The notes beneath the pieces were generated by a model, which ran no database searches, was not told where the DNA came from, and saw nothing but the letters and a program-made list of their open reading frames with translations. A stretch of DNA of 27,706 nucleotides, taken from a virus (lineage: Duplodnaviria; Caudoviricetes). The position numbers and the translations under genes are program-made. Of the stretch, positions 1 to 8,927 are shown piece after piece. Every line of letters starts with the position of its first letter. Position 1 is the stretch's first letter. Where the stretch lies: positions 1-27,706 of IMG/VR virus record IMGVR_UViG_3300044709_000009, one strand, 5' to 3'.

Positions 1-2
1 GC

Positions 3-254
3 ACTCTACGAGGCGACAGTGTGTTTCTCACTCATGAAGACGCTCTGCGTATGAGGCTCGACCGCAATCTAGTGCCGATGTTGCTAGAAGGCGGCGACGA
101 TACTCCTGTTGGCATGGTGCAAGCTAGCGGTGGGTTGTCTGATAGACAGAAGCAGGCACTTGAGGCAGTGACGAAGCTGCTTGAAGGCGACCCAGATATT
201 GTCAACAAGCTGCTCGCTTCAACTGAAGCTGAGCCTGAGGAAGTGGAGAAGTAG
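3..254 (+). CDS. Hypothetical phage protein, probably 5'-truncated by the window edge
   Basis: The frame is open from position 3 (TLRGDSVFLTHEDALR...) to TAG at 252-254. The stop is 2 nt before the next ATG, whose GGAG RBS lies in this ORF's 3' end. No recognisable motif. Confidence 0.6.
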   Translation, partial: TLRGDSVFLTHEDALRMRLDRNLVPMLLEGGDDTPVGMVQASGGLSDRQKQALEAVTKLLEGDPDIVNKLLASTEAEPEEVEK

Positions 255-256
255 TT

Positions 257-907
257 ATGGCTGTTCAAGTCGCTGTTCCTAGCTTTCGTCGCGTCAACTA
301 CCGTGTGGCTGATATGTGCTACGCGGCAGATGTCGGTGTCGATGGCATCACTACTGTAGACATTCCTGCATGCGTGGCTGCTGGTGCGGGTGTGATTGTC
401 AACGGTCAGGTTCTCGCAGCAGGAGGTAACGTTGTTCCTGCTGTAGCGTTGACTGATTTGATAATGGGTCGCTACGGACGCAATGTGACTGTTGTTGGTA
501 TTGCTGGTGCAGCAGGCAATGCGACGTTGGTTGGCTTTGACTATCTGGGTCAACCCATACGTGAGACGTTCGTGCTTGCAGGCGCTACGCCTGTTGTTGG
601 TAAGAAGATGTTCAAGGACATTGCGTATCTGTCTGTTCCTGGAGCATCTACGTATAGCATCGGCGTCGGTGTTATCCTCGGTGTACCTTACAAGGTGCTC
701 CATACGGCGATGAGTGGTGAGATGACGAGTGACGTTACTGCTGCAGCAGGTGCGTTGGTTGCTGGTGTAGTCACGCAATCGCTTACATCAGGTGATCCAC
801 GTGGTGCATACACTCCAGCAGCAGCACCTGATGGTACGCGTACATATCGGTTCTCGTGCTTTGTGGATCGTAGCAATCTGCACGGCTCTGCACACGTGAC
901 TGTGTAA
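257..907 (+). CDS. Putative virion structural protein (possible capsid decoration/minor head protein)
   Basis: 216 aa, Ala/Gly/Val-rich and beta-like, with GGAG RBS at 245-248. It lies upstream of the adaptor/nozzle genes. Function is inferred from position only. Confidence 0.55.
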   Translation: MAVQVAVPSFRRVNYRVADMCYAADVGVDGITTVDIPACVAAGAGVIVNGQVLAAGGNVVPAVALTDLIMGRYGRNVTVVGIAGAAGNATLVGFDYLGQPIRETFVLAGATPVVGKKMFKDIAYLSVPGASTYSIGVGVILGVPYKVLHTAMSGEMTSDVTAAAGALVAGVVTQSLTSGDPRGAYTPAAAPDGTRTYRFSCFVDRSNLHGSAHVTV

Positions 908-938
908 CTTCAACAAACTACAACAGGAGGAGGTTAGC

Positions 939-1157
939 ATGACTGTAGAATATGCTCAGCAGTACAACGGCCAGAACGTTGTCGCAGTGCGTGATGCACA
1001 CGCAAGCGACCCAGGATATGAGAAAGACGGTGATTGTGTTGTTGCGACGCTTGCAGATGGCAGCGTGGTGACGGTCAAGAAGAGCCAATTGACCACTGCT
1101 GCGCCTGCTGGACAGGGTTCGCAAGGTGCGAAGGCGTATACGGGGAAGAAAGAGTAA
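939..1157 (+). CDS. Small hypothetical phage protein
   Basis: 72 aa with a strong AGGAGGAGG RBS just upstream and a stable hairpin downstream. Confidence 0.75.
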   Translation: MTVEYAQQYNGQNVVAVRDAHASDPGYEKDGDCVVATLADGSVVTVKKSQLTTAAPAGQGSQGAKAYTGKKE

Positions 1158-1168
1158 CACTTCCAACG

Positions 1169-1206
1169 AGTTAGCCCTCACGCATGTAGCAACGTGAGGG
1201 CTAACT
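1169..1206 (+). terminator. Stem-loop after the head-gene cluster (putative terminator or RNA processing site)
   Basis: Perfect 14-bp inverted repeat AGTTAGCCCTCACG (1169-1182) / CGTGAGGGCTAACT (1193-1206) with a 10-nt loop. No clear U-tract. Confidence 0.55.
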
Positions 1207-1236
1207 GCACGCTATATATAAGGTGTGGAACAAATC

Positions 1237-1878
1237 ATGATCACATTTGGCGATCTTGTGACGAAGGTTCTACAGCGTTTGGCGCTCGTTGAGGGGTTGG
1301 ATGCACAGATATACGCCGAACCACGCATACAGCTAGCTATACAACACAAGTTCGACCTCATATTCAGGGAGTATTGGATACCTGAGTACATGACGTATCA
1401 GGAGCCACACGTGTTAGACGGTGTGAATGGCTTCATCGTCACAGACACAACGAGCTTGATTAAGGATTGGCGTGATCTGCATAGTGTATTTCACGAAGGA
1501 TCACACAAGCCGATGCCTATCGCGCCCATGAGCGTGCGTGATATTGATGTCAACTACCCAAGCCTACGCCCAGCAGGCATGAACGCGACGAAGTTATTTC
1601 GCGTTGTACCTCCTACAACTACGGGCACGGTGTATGTGACATACAGAACTAAGCCAGACGACTTTGAAGAAGACAGCGATGAGATTTACATAGACACGCA
1701 GTTGTTGTTGCTGGGCAGTTGTTGGGACGTGCTTGAAGGTGATGGCACCAATCCGGGTGAGAGTGACAAGTTCAAGATGTTATTTCAGGATGCATTGAGC
1801 CAGTTCAACCGCAGCCAATTCAACATCCCTATGGACAGTGTGCAGTCAACACGCTCAGTCGTGAACAGGTGGTCATAA
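1237..1878 (+). CDS. Putative head-tail adaptor / tail tubular protein A-like
   Basis: About 213 aa from ATG 1237 (the ORF track starts at GTG 1225). The helical N-terminus TFGDLVTKVLQRLA, the size and the position before an ~830-aa nozzle-like gene match podovirus adaptor proteins. Confidence 0.55.
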   Translation: MITFGDLVTKVLQRLALVEGLDAQIYAEPRIQLAIQHKFDLIFREYWIPEYMTYQEPHVLDGVNGFIVTDTTSLIKDWRDLHSVFHEGSHKPMPIAPMSVRDIDVNYPSLRPAGMNATKLFRVVPPTTTGTVYVTYRTKPDDFEEDSDEIYIDTQLLLLGSCWDVLEGDGTNPGESDKFKMLFQDALSQFNRSQFNIPMDSVQSTRSVVNRWS

Positions 1879-1879
1879 C

Positions 1880-4381
1880 ATGGTGCAGATGACCGCTCGC
1901 GCGCATAAGCCTGTAGGCAGACCTAAACAGAAACGACCGACTGCGAAGTTACAGAACACCACCATTCGCGACTTCGGTGGTGGGTTGAACGTCGTTGACA
2001 GTGAACAGAACTTGACGTCGAAGTTCGCACCTGTGTTCGACAACATGATCACATACACCGATCGTCGTGTAGGTCCGCGGCACGGGTTTGAGATGTGGTT
2101 GAAGTTGAAACAAGGCACAGCGACAACGACAACGGTTGACATCGCAATAACTACCATAGCAGAGAACAAGATCGTCACTGTGTATTGGGGCGCGCATCCT
2201 GCAATGAATGCAATGTCCCATGTCACGATCAGCGGATGGGACATTACATTCAACGGCGTCACACCTGAGATGATGAACCGCACGCATGGTGTGCGACGTG
2301 TGATTGATGTTAATCAATTCGAGATCGTTGTGTCTAACTCACCGTCAGCTACAGGTGGATGGAGTGCAGGCGATAACGTCACTATTACGCATGACACATT
2401 CATGCTAGGCGGCGAGCCTGTAGAGTGCAAGTACTTCGCCAACTACGTCATTATCTGGTCATCCACGGGTGAGATCGTTCGTGTGGATAGAGATAAGAAC
2501 GCGCAGCGTATATTGAGCCACGCTATAGCATACGCACAGAACAACACGCGTATTGGTTGGACACAGACTGACATTGTAGCAAGCGACATCTTTGGTAAGG
2601 AGTTGGTATGTAGCAATGGCCGCGATAAGCCGTTGTCGATAGACTTCACACGTGTTGACTGGGTGATGCCGTTGGTAGATCCTGGTAACAGTAGTAGCAA
2701 CATCGAGGTGCCAGCATTTGATGCATGCAAGTCAGCATTTCGTTACTTCACTGTACACGATACAGACTTACGCGATCTGCCTGACTATGTGACGAACATT
2801 CGCATCGCTGCCAAAGACACATGCGTAGTGTTCTCGACCGCTCCAAGTCCGATGGATGCTGTTGACATCGACATGTCGAAGATCGTCGCTAGTCCTGAAC
2901 AAGCCGTGCGTGCGTTCGCTACCATCAAGGACGCATTGTTAGTCATCACACCAACAGCGACGACGTTGATGAAGTTAGGCACGATGTCAGACACAGGCGG
3001 CAGTGCTGTATCACTACACGATCCGCAGCCATTAGACACACTCAACGGGTTTGGTAGCAATGCGCCGCGCAGTGTTGTGGAGATAGGCAGCGACGTGTTC
3101 ATGATTGACTTCAACGGTGTGCCTAGTGCGAAGTTGTCTACTGTGTCGAACGCTGTCGTACCTGAGCGTGTGTCTAACTACATCGAGACGATGATGTCAG
3201 CGCACATTGCGAGGTTGAAGAAAGAAACAATGAGGCTGAAGACATTCGGCTTCTACGATAGCAAGAACAAGACTGTTCACTTCTACCTGCCGAAGTACGA
3301 CGCAAGCGACGTACGCAGGTTGACAACCGATCCATTGTTCTTCGATGGTGACATGGGTCACAATGACATCACCAAGCGCACGTTGATCATGCGCATTGAC
3401 AGTCATCAGTTTGAAGAAGGTGACTTAATAGATGTATCAGGCTCAGCAGCAGTAGGCGATGTTGACGCAGTGAACATCAATGGTCGTCGTGAGGTGATTA
3501 GTGTTATCAACGATGATTACATACTTGTATCAATAGGTGAAGACCTACCCACAACGCCACCAGCCACGAACGTGTCTGGAGGTGGTAACAGCATCCAAGT
3601 GCGACCTGTGAACAACGGCACTATTGGATACATCTATCACTACGTGCCGCAGTTGAAGCTGTTCGCATGGTCTAGGTTCAAGACAGCTAAGCCGCATGCT
3701 GTCAATCAACTACTGTTCAACTGCGGATGTGGCACCATCGAGGGTAGGTCGTTCCTGTTCACACCCGATGGCTACATGATGCGCTATGGTTCGATGGACA
3801 CACATGTGCATGCTGATTGGCTAGGCATGTATGATCTAGCAACGTGGACTAGCAACACACTCTACAACGCAGGCACGCGTATCTTCGACAGCGCGGATGG
3901 GTTGGTGTATAAGTGTCTGGAGAACGTGCAGACTATAGCAGCCAACTTCCCAGCAGCACGTGCTATCAAGCCTGATGCATGGGAGGAATACAAAGGTGAG
4001 CCGATTGAAAGCAAGTGGGAGCTACCTTGGGCTGACTTCGGTTCACGACAGGCTACTAAGGCGTTGCGCTTTACACATGTAGATGCATCAGGTGATGCGC
4101 AATTTACATTGCGACTATACTCCGACAACATCTACCGTGATGCTGCAACAGGTCAACAAATGCCAGCACGTGAGTTGACCTTTGTGCCTAATGAAGCAGG
4201 TGCATATGGCGCAGGTCCGCAGGTGTATGGTGCAGGACGTAGAACACGAGAACAAAAACTGTGGCAGGTACCTGTCAAGTTCAAGATACTCAAAGCTGCT
4301 GTAGAGGCGCAATCAACTGGACCGCTGTCTATCAACGCGATTAGTTTCATGTATCAACGTGGTAGTTTGATGCGTGGGTGA
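1880..4381 (+). CDS. Putative tail nozzle / tail tubular protein B (P22 gp10 / T7 gp12-like)
   Basis: 833 aa, beta-rich, N-terminal 'IRDFGGGLN' as in head-closure/nozzle proteins, located between the adaptor and the tail fibre. Contains two FCCH-like inserts and a CBM-like insert. Confidence 0.65.
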   Translation: MVQMTARAHKPVGRPKQKRPTAKLQNTTIRDFGGGLNVVDSEQNLTSKFAPVFDNMITYTDRRVGPRHGFEMWLKLKQGTATTTTVDIAITTIAENKIVTVYWGAHPAMNAMSHVTISGWDITFNGVTPEMMNRTHGVRRVIDVNQFEIVVSNSPSATGGWSAGDNVTITHDTFMLGGEPVECKYFANYVIIWSSTGEIVRVDRDKNAQRILSHAIAYAQNNTRIGWTQTDIVASDIFGKELVCSNGRDKPLSIDFTRVDWVMPLVDPGNSSSNIEVPAFDACKSAFRYFTVHDTDLRDLPDYVTNIRIAAKDTCVVFSTAPSPMDAVDIDMSKIVASPEQAVRAFATIKDALLVITPTATTLMKLGTMSDTGGSAVSLHDPQPLDTLNGFGSNAPRSVVEIGSDVFMIDFNGVPSAKLSTVSNAVVPERVSNYIETMMSAHIARLKKETMRLKTFGFYDSKNKTVHFYLPKYDASDVRRLTTDPLFFDGDMGHNDITKRTLIMRIDSHQFEEGDLIDVSGSAAVGDVDAVNINGRREVISVINDDYILVSIGEDLPTTPPATNVSGGGNSIQVRPVNNGTIGYIYHYVPQLKLFAWSRFKTAKPHAVNQLLFNCGCGTIEGRSFLFTPDGYMMRYGSMDTHVHADWLGMYDLATWTSNTLYNAGTRIFDSADGLVYKCLENVQTIAANFPAARAIKPDAWEEYKGEPIESKWELPWADFGSRQATKALRFTHVDASGDAQFTLRLYSDNIYRDAATGQQMPARELTFVPNEAGAYGAGPQVYGAGRRTREQKLWQVPVKFKILKAAVEAQSTGPLSINAISFMYQRGSLMRG

Positions 4382-4398
4382 GTTATACAGTGTATAAC
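4382..4398. promoter_or_regulatory. 17-bp palindromic site, copy 1 (perfect)
   Basis: GTTATACA-G-TGTATAAC, a perfect 8-bp inverted repeat immediately after the nozzle gene stop codon. Confidence 0.75.
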
Positions 4399-4514
4399 AT
4401 GTTGACATTGTTATATATATATGCAACAAATATTAGCCTAGGGCGGCGGCGGGCGGTTGAGTTAGACATATATTGCATGGGCTACATTGCCCCACACATG
4501 GTGGGCAGTGCGCA

Positions 4515-6953
4515 ATGGTAGCCAACATTCGCGGTTATACTCCCAACTACGCATTCAAGCTTGTCAACTTCGACACACCTAGGTGGCATACACTCGAGTA
4601 TGCCAACTGGACGCAGCTTGATAGCATGTTGCTGCAAGCTGGCATTCCTAACATCCGTGGTGAGTGGATATATAGCACACGTTATTACGTCGGTGATCGT
4701 GTGTTTGATAGCACCACAGGTGTGTTGTATCGTTGTCTAGTCGAGCACACCAGCGCAGGAACTGGTACGTTTGCTGATGATCGCGCATTGCATCCCACGT
4801 ATTGGACGATACAGACAACTGGTGTGCCGATCTTCCGTGGACAGTGGCAGACTAGTGCTACGTATTCGTTAGGTGACATTGTATTCATCAACGCGTATCA
4901 GTACTATCTGTGTATCGATAGCCATCTATCTAGCCCAGCATTTGCAACTGACGCGGCGAAGTGGACGCTGGTGTTTGACGCTACTGCGGCTGTCAATACG
5001 ACGAATGCGAATGCTACTGCGTCATCTAATAGCGCATCGCAAGCTGCAACGAGTGCGACGAATGCTGCGACGAGTGCGACGAACGCACAGGCGAGCGCGG
5101 TTGAAAGTGCTGCACAAGCTGCGAAGCTGTTCGGTACATCTACATCATCGAACACAATCGGGCTGACTGCGAAGACGTTCGTCACACAAGCGAACAAGTA
5201 CTTCAACGTTGGCAAGTTCATCATGGTGCGTGCCAACTTAGACCCCATTAACAATTGGATGTGGGGACAGGTGTCGTCGTACAGTGGTACGTCACTTGTC
5301 ATCAACGCAATCACATCAGGCGGCGCAGGGACGTTCGTTGACTGGATCATCGACGTATCTGGCTCGCGAGGTGCTATAGGTCCGCAAGGTATACAGGGTG
5401 AGCTTGGACCGCCACTTGTTATCAAAGGCACGGTGCCTAGCGCAGGAGCACTGCCACCTACAGGTAACACTATAGGTGACATGTGGATCGCTACCGACAA
5501 TCAGCATCTGTACATCTGGGATGGTACGCAGTGGGACGATGCTGGTCCGCTTGGTACTAGCACAACTACAACTGCTGACAATCCACCGAGCAATCCTAAA
5601 GATGGAGACATGTGGTGGGAGAGTGATAGCGGCATCTTCTGGGTCTACTACGATGACGGCAATACGTCGCAGTGGGTACAAGCGGGAGGAGCTGCAGCTA
5701 GTATCAACCAGAATGCTGTGTTGAAGACTGGCGACACGATGACTGGTGATTTGTCGATTAACAAACTTGCGCCTTCTATATTCCTCGACAAGACAACAGT
5801 AACAGCAGGCGGCCTTTACGGGCGTTCTGGATCGCGAACGATGTGGCGTGTAGTAGTCGGTGATGGAGGAGCGAACGAAGCATTTCATCTACAACGATAC
5901 GACGCAGCAGGTGTTTTCGTCGATAGTGCAGTTGTAATCAATCGCACAAATGGTGATATAGGTTTTGGCGTGGGTACACCCAACCTTATCAGCTTTAATG
6001 CACCTTCAACAGTTCAGGTGTTAAACACGACCGCTTCAACAACACCTACAACAGGCGCATTGACTGTTGCAGGAGGATTAGGTGTTGGTGGTGGGATTAA
6101 TGCTACTGGTACAATCAGATCATTTGCCAAATCTAATGTACTCGGCAATCCCAATGGCGCGGCATTCAACGCGGCAGTCGCACAAGCTGATGCAAACTTG
6201 TTGCTGTATGATGGAGGTGGCAACAATTGGTGTGGAATGGGAATTGATTTACTGGGTCACTTCTGGCTACGTACTGGTTTAAGCGGATCACCAGTTCCGA
6301 CACTTGCTATTACAACTGATCAAGTTGTCCGTGTTCAGAACGCCCTTCCTTCCAACTCACCAACAACAGGTGCGTTGGTTGTATCTGGTGGTTTGGGTGT
6401 TGGTGGGAATATTAACGCTAGCAGCATTACCTGCGACAGCGCAGGTGATACTGTATTTTCATATATGCGCAATCCAGCTCCCAGCACAGGCGCATGTTAT
6501 GTTGCACAGAATTTTAATCCGTCTGGCACTCGTTATATGCTTTATATGAAAGTAGCCAATGGTGCGACAGTAGGAACAATAACATCAGACGGCGCAAGTG
6601 CTGCCTACAACACCTCCTCAGGAGCAGAGCTTAAAGAAGACCTCAAATCATTCGACGCAGGCAGCATCATAGACAACACGAATGTGTATGACTTCGCATG
6701 GAAGTCTACTAAAGAGCGCGCATTTGGTGTCATCGCTCAGCAGGCTGTTGATGTATATCCGCTCGCAGTCACACATACAGAGGCATCGACCGAGAAGGGT
6801 GCTGAGAGAGATGAGTGGTGGGGTGTTGACTACTCAAAGTACGTCCCCGTGTTGTTGCAAGAGCTGAAAGCATTGAGACAACGTGTTGCAGACCTTGAAG
6901 GTCGCACACTTGATAAGCCTGTTGTCACCACTGCACCACGTGGGAGGAAGTGA
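4515..6953 (+). CDS. Tail fibre / receptor-binding protein 1 with C-terminal peptidase S74-like intramolecular chaperone
   Basis: Likely start ATG 4515 (the ORF track starts at 4473). It has two W..S..Y..GD.V...Y.C...H.S repeats, an Ala/Ser/Thr-rich stretch, collagen-like GAIGPQGIQGELGP, a GDTMTGDL motif and TTGALxVxGGLGVGG repeats. The C-terminus is NTSSGAELKEDL...VDYSKYVPVLLQELKAL. Confidence 0.85.
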   Translation: MVANIRGYTPNYAFKLVNFDTPRWHTLEYANWTQLDSMLLQAGIPNIRGEWIYSTRYYVGDRVFDSTTGVLYRCLVEHTSAGTGTFADDRALHPTYWTIQTTGVPIFRGQWQTSATYSLGDIVFINAYQYYLCIDSHLSSPAFATDAAKWTLVFDATAAVNTTNANATASSNSASQAATSATNAATSATNAQASAVESAAQAAKLFGTSTSSNTIGLTAKTFVTQANKYFNVGKFIMVRANLDPINNWMWGQVSSYSGTSLVINAITSGGAGTFVDWIIDVSGSRGAIGPQGIQGELGPPLVIKGTVPSAGALPPTGNTIGDMWIATDNQHLYIWDGTQWDDAGPLGTSTTTTADNPPSNPKDGDMWWESDSGIFWVYYDDGNTSQWVQAGGAAASINQNAVLKTGDTMTGDLSINKLAPSIFLDKTTVTAGGLYGRSGSRTMWRVVVGDGGANEAFHLQRYDAAGVFVDSAVVINRTNGDIGFGVGTPNLISFNAPSTVQVLNTTASTTPTTGALTVAGGLGVGGGINATGTIRSFAKSNVLGNPNGAAFNAAVAQADANLLLYDGGGNNWCGMGIDLLGHFWLRTGLSGSPVPTLAITTDQVVRVQNALPSNSPTTGALVVSGGLGVGGNINASSITCDSAGDTVFSYMRNPAPSTGACYVAQNFNPSGTRYMLYMKVANGATVGTITSDGASAAYNTSSGAELKEDLKSFDAGSIIDNTNVYDFAWKSTKERAFGVIAQQAVDVYPLAVTHTEASTEKGAERDEWWGVDYSKYVPVLLQELKALRQRVADLEGRTLDKPVVTTAPRGRK
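5043..5084 (+). repeat. Tandem 21-bp coding repeat (AATSATN x2) in tail fibre 1
   Basis: gctgcaacgagtgcgacgaat / gctgcgacgagtgcgacgaac. Confidence 0.7.
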
Positions 6954-8413
6954 TGGCAATCGACTTCCCTGCTTCACCTACTGTAGGTCAAGAGTACACG
7001 TCAGGTGGAATGACGTATGTGTACAATGGCACAGGGTGGACTATTAAAGGAGGAAGTACGACTGCGCTTGCGACGAATGCGTATGTAGATGCGCAGGATG
7101 CGTTGAAGGTTGCTAAAGCTGGCGACACTATGAGTGGTGATTTGACGATCAGCAAAACAAAGCCCAACGTGATATTAGATAGACCTGTTGGCAGTCCAGC
7201 AGAGATATTCAGTAAGACGGGTGGACTTACTCGTTGGCGGATTAATTTAGCAAATGGCCTTGCAGAAAGCGGTGGAAATGTTGGATCAGGTTTTCAGATT
7301 GATAGATATGATGATGCAGGCAATATCATCGAGGCGGCACTAAAAATTGACCGCGCAACTGGCTATGTTACAATAGGTCAAACGACAATTGCCAACGCCT
7401 ATGGTAATCTAATAATTCAAGCTGGTGCTGGCACAGGATCGCCTCTTATACAGGGGATGAAGGGTGGTTTAGTTCGTTGGGAGCTATTCTTAGGAGATAG
7501 TACTGCAGAGACAGGCAGCGATGCGGGGTCTAACTTTAGCATTCGCAGTGATACAGATGCGGGTGTAGCAAAGGCAACACCACTGACAATCAGCCGTGCA
7601 ACTGGTGCTACGACGCTGACAGGCGTGGTTATGTCTAATGCATCTCAAAATACAGATATCCACTATGATGCCGCTGGCTTGAGAAAATGGACAATTCGTG
7701 GTGCTGATCCAACTGTCTCTAATTTTGGTATTTTTCGCTACAATGATGCAGGGGCATATATTGATATGCCACTGGCAATCGTTCGTTCGACGGGCGCTGT
7801 AGTTCTACAAGGGACCTTACCTTCCACCTCACCTACAACAGGCGCATTGACTGTAGCTGGTGGTTTGGGTGTTGCTGGTAACATTCACAGTAGTGCTATC
7901 GGCCTTGGAACTGCTATTGGGACATACCCCGGTGTTGGTAATACTACTGTAGGAACTGAAATCGGTACTGGATATTTTACAGTCAGCATTGCCAGTGGTA
8001 ATGCACCGATTTTCTCTAATCGCAACGTTGATGGTGGACTTATGGATTGCCGTCGTAGTGGCGTATCTACTGGCAACATCTCTACCACAGCAACAGCGTG
8101 CTCGTTCAACACATCGTCAGACGCAAACCTGAAAGAAGACCTGAAATCGTTTGATGCAGGTAATATCATTGATGACACTGAGGTGTATGACTTCAAGTGG
8201 AAGGCAACTGGCGAGCGTGCATATGGTGTGCTCGGTCAGCAAGCTAAAGAAGTCTACGCTACACCTGTGACCTATGATGAGAAAGAAGATCGACACTATG
8301 TGGACTATAGTAAGTATGTCCCTGTGTTGTTGCAGGAGTTGAAAGCAGTACGTGCGAGGCTTGCTGTGCTTGAGGGCCGCACACCTGATAAGCCACCAGC
8401 GAAAAAGAGATGA
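6953..8413 (+). CDS. Tail fibre / receptor-binding protein 2 with C-terminal peptidase S74-like chaperone
   Basis: ATG 6953 overlaps the upstream stop (TGATG), with a GGAGG RBS. It has a GDTMSGDL motif, three W...F.I.RY.DAG...L.I.R.TG-like repeats and C-terminal NTSSDANLKEDL...VDYSKYVPVLLQELKAV. Paralogous to fibre 1. Confidence 0.85.
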   Translation: MAIDFPASPTVGQEYTSGGMTYVYNGTGWTIKGGSTTALATNAYVDAQDALKVAKAGDTMSGDLTISKTKPNVILDRPVGSPAEIFSKTGGLTRWRINLANGLAESGGNVGSGFQIDRYDDAGNIIEAALKIDRATGYVTIGQTTIANAYGNLIIQAGAGTGSPLIQGMKGGLVRWELFLGDSTAETGSDAGSNFSIRSDTDAGVAKATPLTISRATGATTLTGVVMSNASQNTDIHYDAAGLRKWTIRGADPTVSNFGIFRYNDAGAYIDMPLAIVRSTGAVVLQGTLPSTSPTTGALTVAGGLGVAGNIHSSAIGLGTAIGTYPGVGNTTVGTEIGTGYFTVSIASGNAPIFSNRNVDGGLMDCRRSGVSTGNISTTATACSFNTSSDANLKEDLKSFDAGNIIDDTEVYDFKWKATGERAYGVLGQQAKEVYATPVTYDEKEDRHYVDYSKYVPVLLQELKAVRARLAVLEGRTPDKPPAKKR

Positions 8414-8646
8414 TACGTGTAGCTGCTATAGTGATGCTATCAACGATGACAACATCGTGTGCATACACTGCGCCTTATGGTGGCTTCTTTGGTTTTCGTG
8501 AGCCACTCAGACAACCGGCAGCGATAGCTGTACCTGAGAGTTATACGAAGTCTGAAGTAGATGCGATCAACGCAGAGACAGTGTGTAGGTTGCAATCGAG
8601 GAATGTGCTAGAAGCTTCACGCTGCGGGATTAGGAGACAACAATGA
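8410..8646 (+). CDS. Small putative lipoprotein / exported protein
   Basis: 78 aa with ATGA overlaps at both ends. The N-terminus MIRVAAIVMLSTMTTSC resembles a signal peptide ending in a weak lipobox Cys. Confidence 0.5.
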   Translation: MIRVAAIVMLSTMTTSCAYTAPYGGFFGFREPLRQPAAIAVPESYTKSEVDAINAETVCRLQSRNVLEASRCGIRRQQ

Positions 8647-8927
8647 CAGCTTTAGCAGTCAACGTGTTGTGGTTCTTGATCGGGTTGATCATACTATGTG
8701 GCATTGTTTGGCTTGCCATCTGGGTGATTGAGAGCTTCATCATGCCTATTCCTGAGCCTATCAAGAAAGGCGTTTGGGTCATCGTGTTGTTGCTGGCGTT
8801 GATCGCACTCATCGGCGCTGTAGCAGGTGGAGGGTTTCACTTTCCGTCAATCAGAGGAGACACAGGTGGAACGTCTCCCACCATATCCGCCCTCACCGCC
8901 ATCGATATGTATAGGTTGCTGAAATGA
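8643..8927 (+). CDS. Two-transmembrane-helix membrane protein (possible holin)
   Basis: 94 aa with two long hydrophobic segments separated by MPIPEPIKK. AGGAG RBS and ATGA overlaps at both ends. Confidence 0.6.
   Translation: MTALAVNVLWFLIGLIILCGIVWLAIWVIESFIMPIPEPIKKGVWVIVLLLALIALIGAVAGGGFHFPSIRGDTGGTSPTISALTAIDMYRLLK

Noticed and set aside
32-778. 248-aa minus-strand ORF, and similar long antisense ORFs (13958-14743, 18628-19392, 4904-5500, 23554-24132)
   Set aside because: They are shadows of well-supported genes on the opposite strand, with no motifs or RBS.
4382-4398. Palindrome as a LexA/SOS box or canonical parS
   Set aside because: It does not match CTGT-N8-ACAG, the alphaproteobacterial GTTC-N7-GTTC, or the 16-bp TGTTTCACGTGAAACA parS consensus.
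4402-4434. TTGACA as a sigma70 -35 element
   Set aside because: There is no acceptable -10 hexamer at 16-18 nt spacing, so it was not called as a promoter.
6600-8413. Duplicated fibre C-termini as a possible DGR template/variable repeat or invertible shufflon
   Set aside because: Both copies are coding, in direct orientation, and differ largely at synonymous positions rather than only at adenines. No reverse transcriptase or invertase is in the window.
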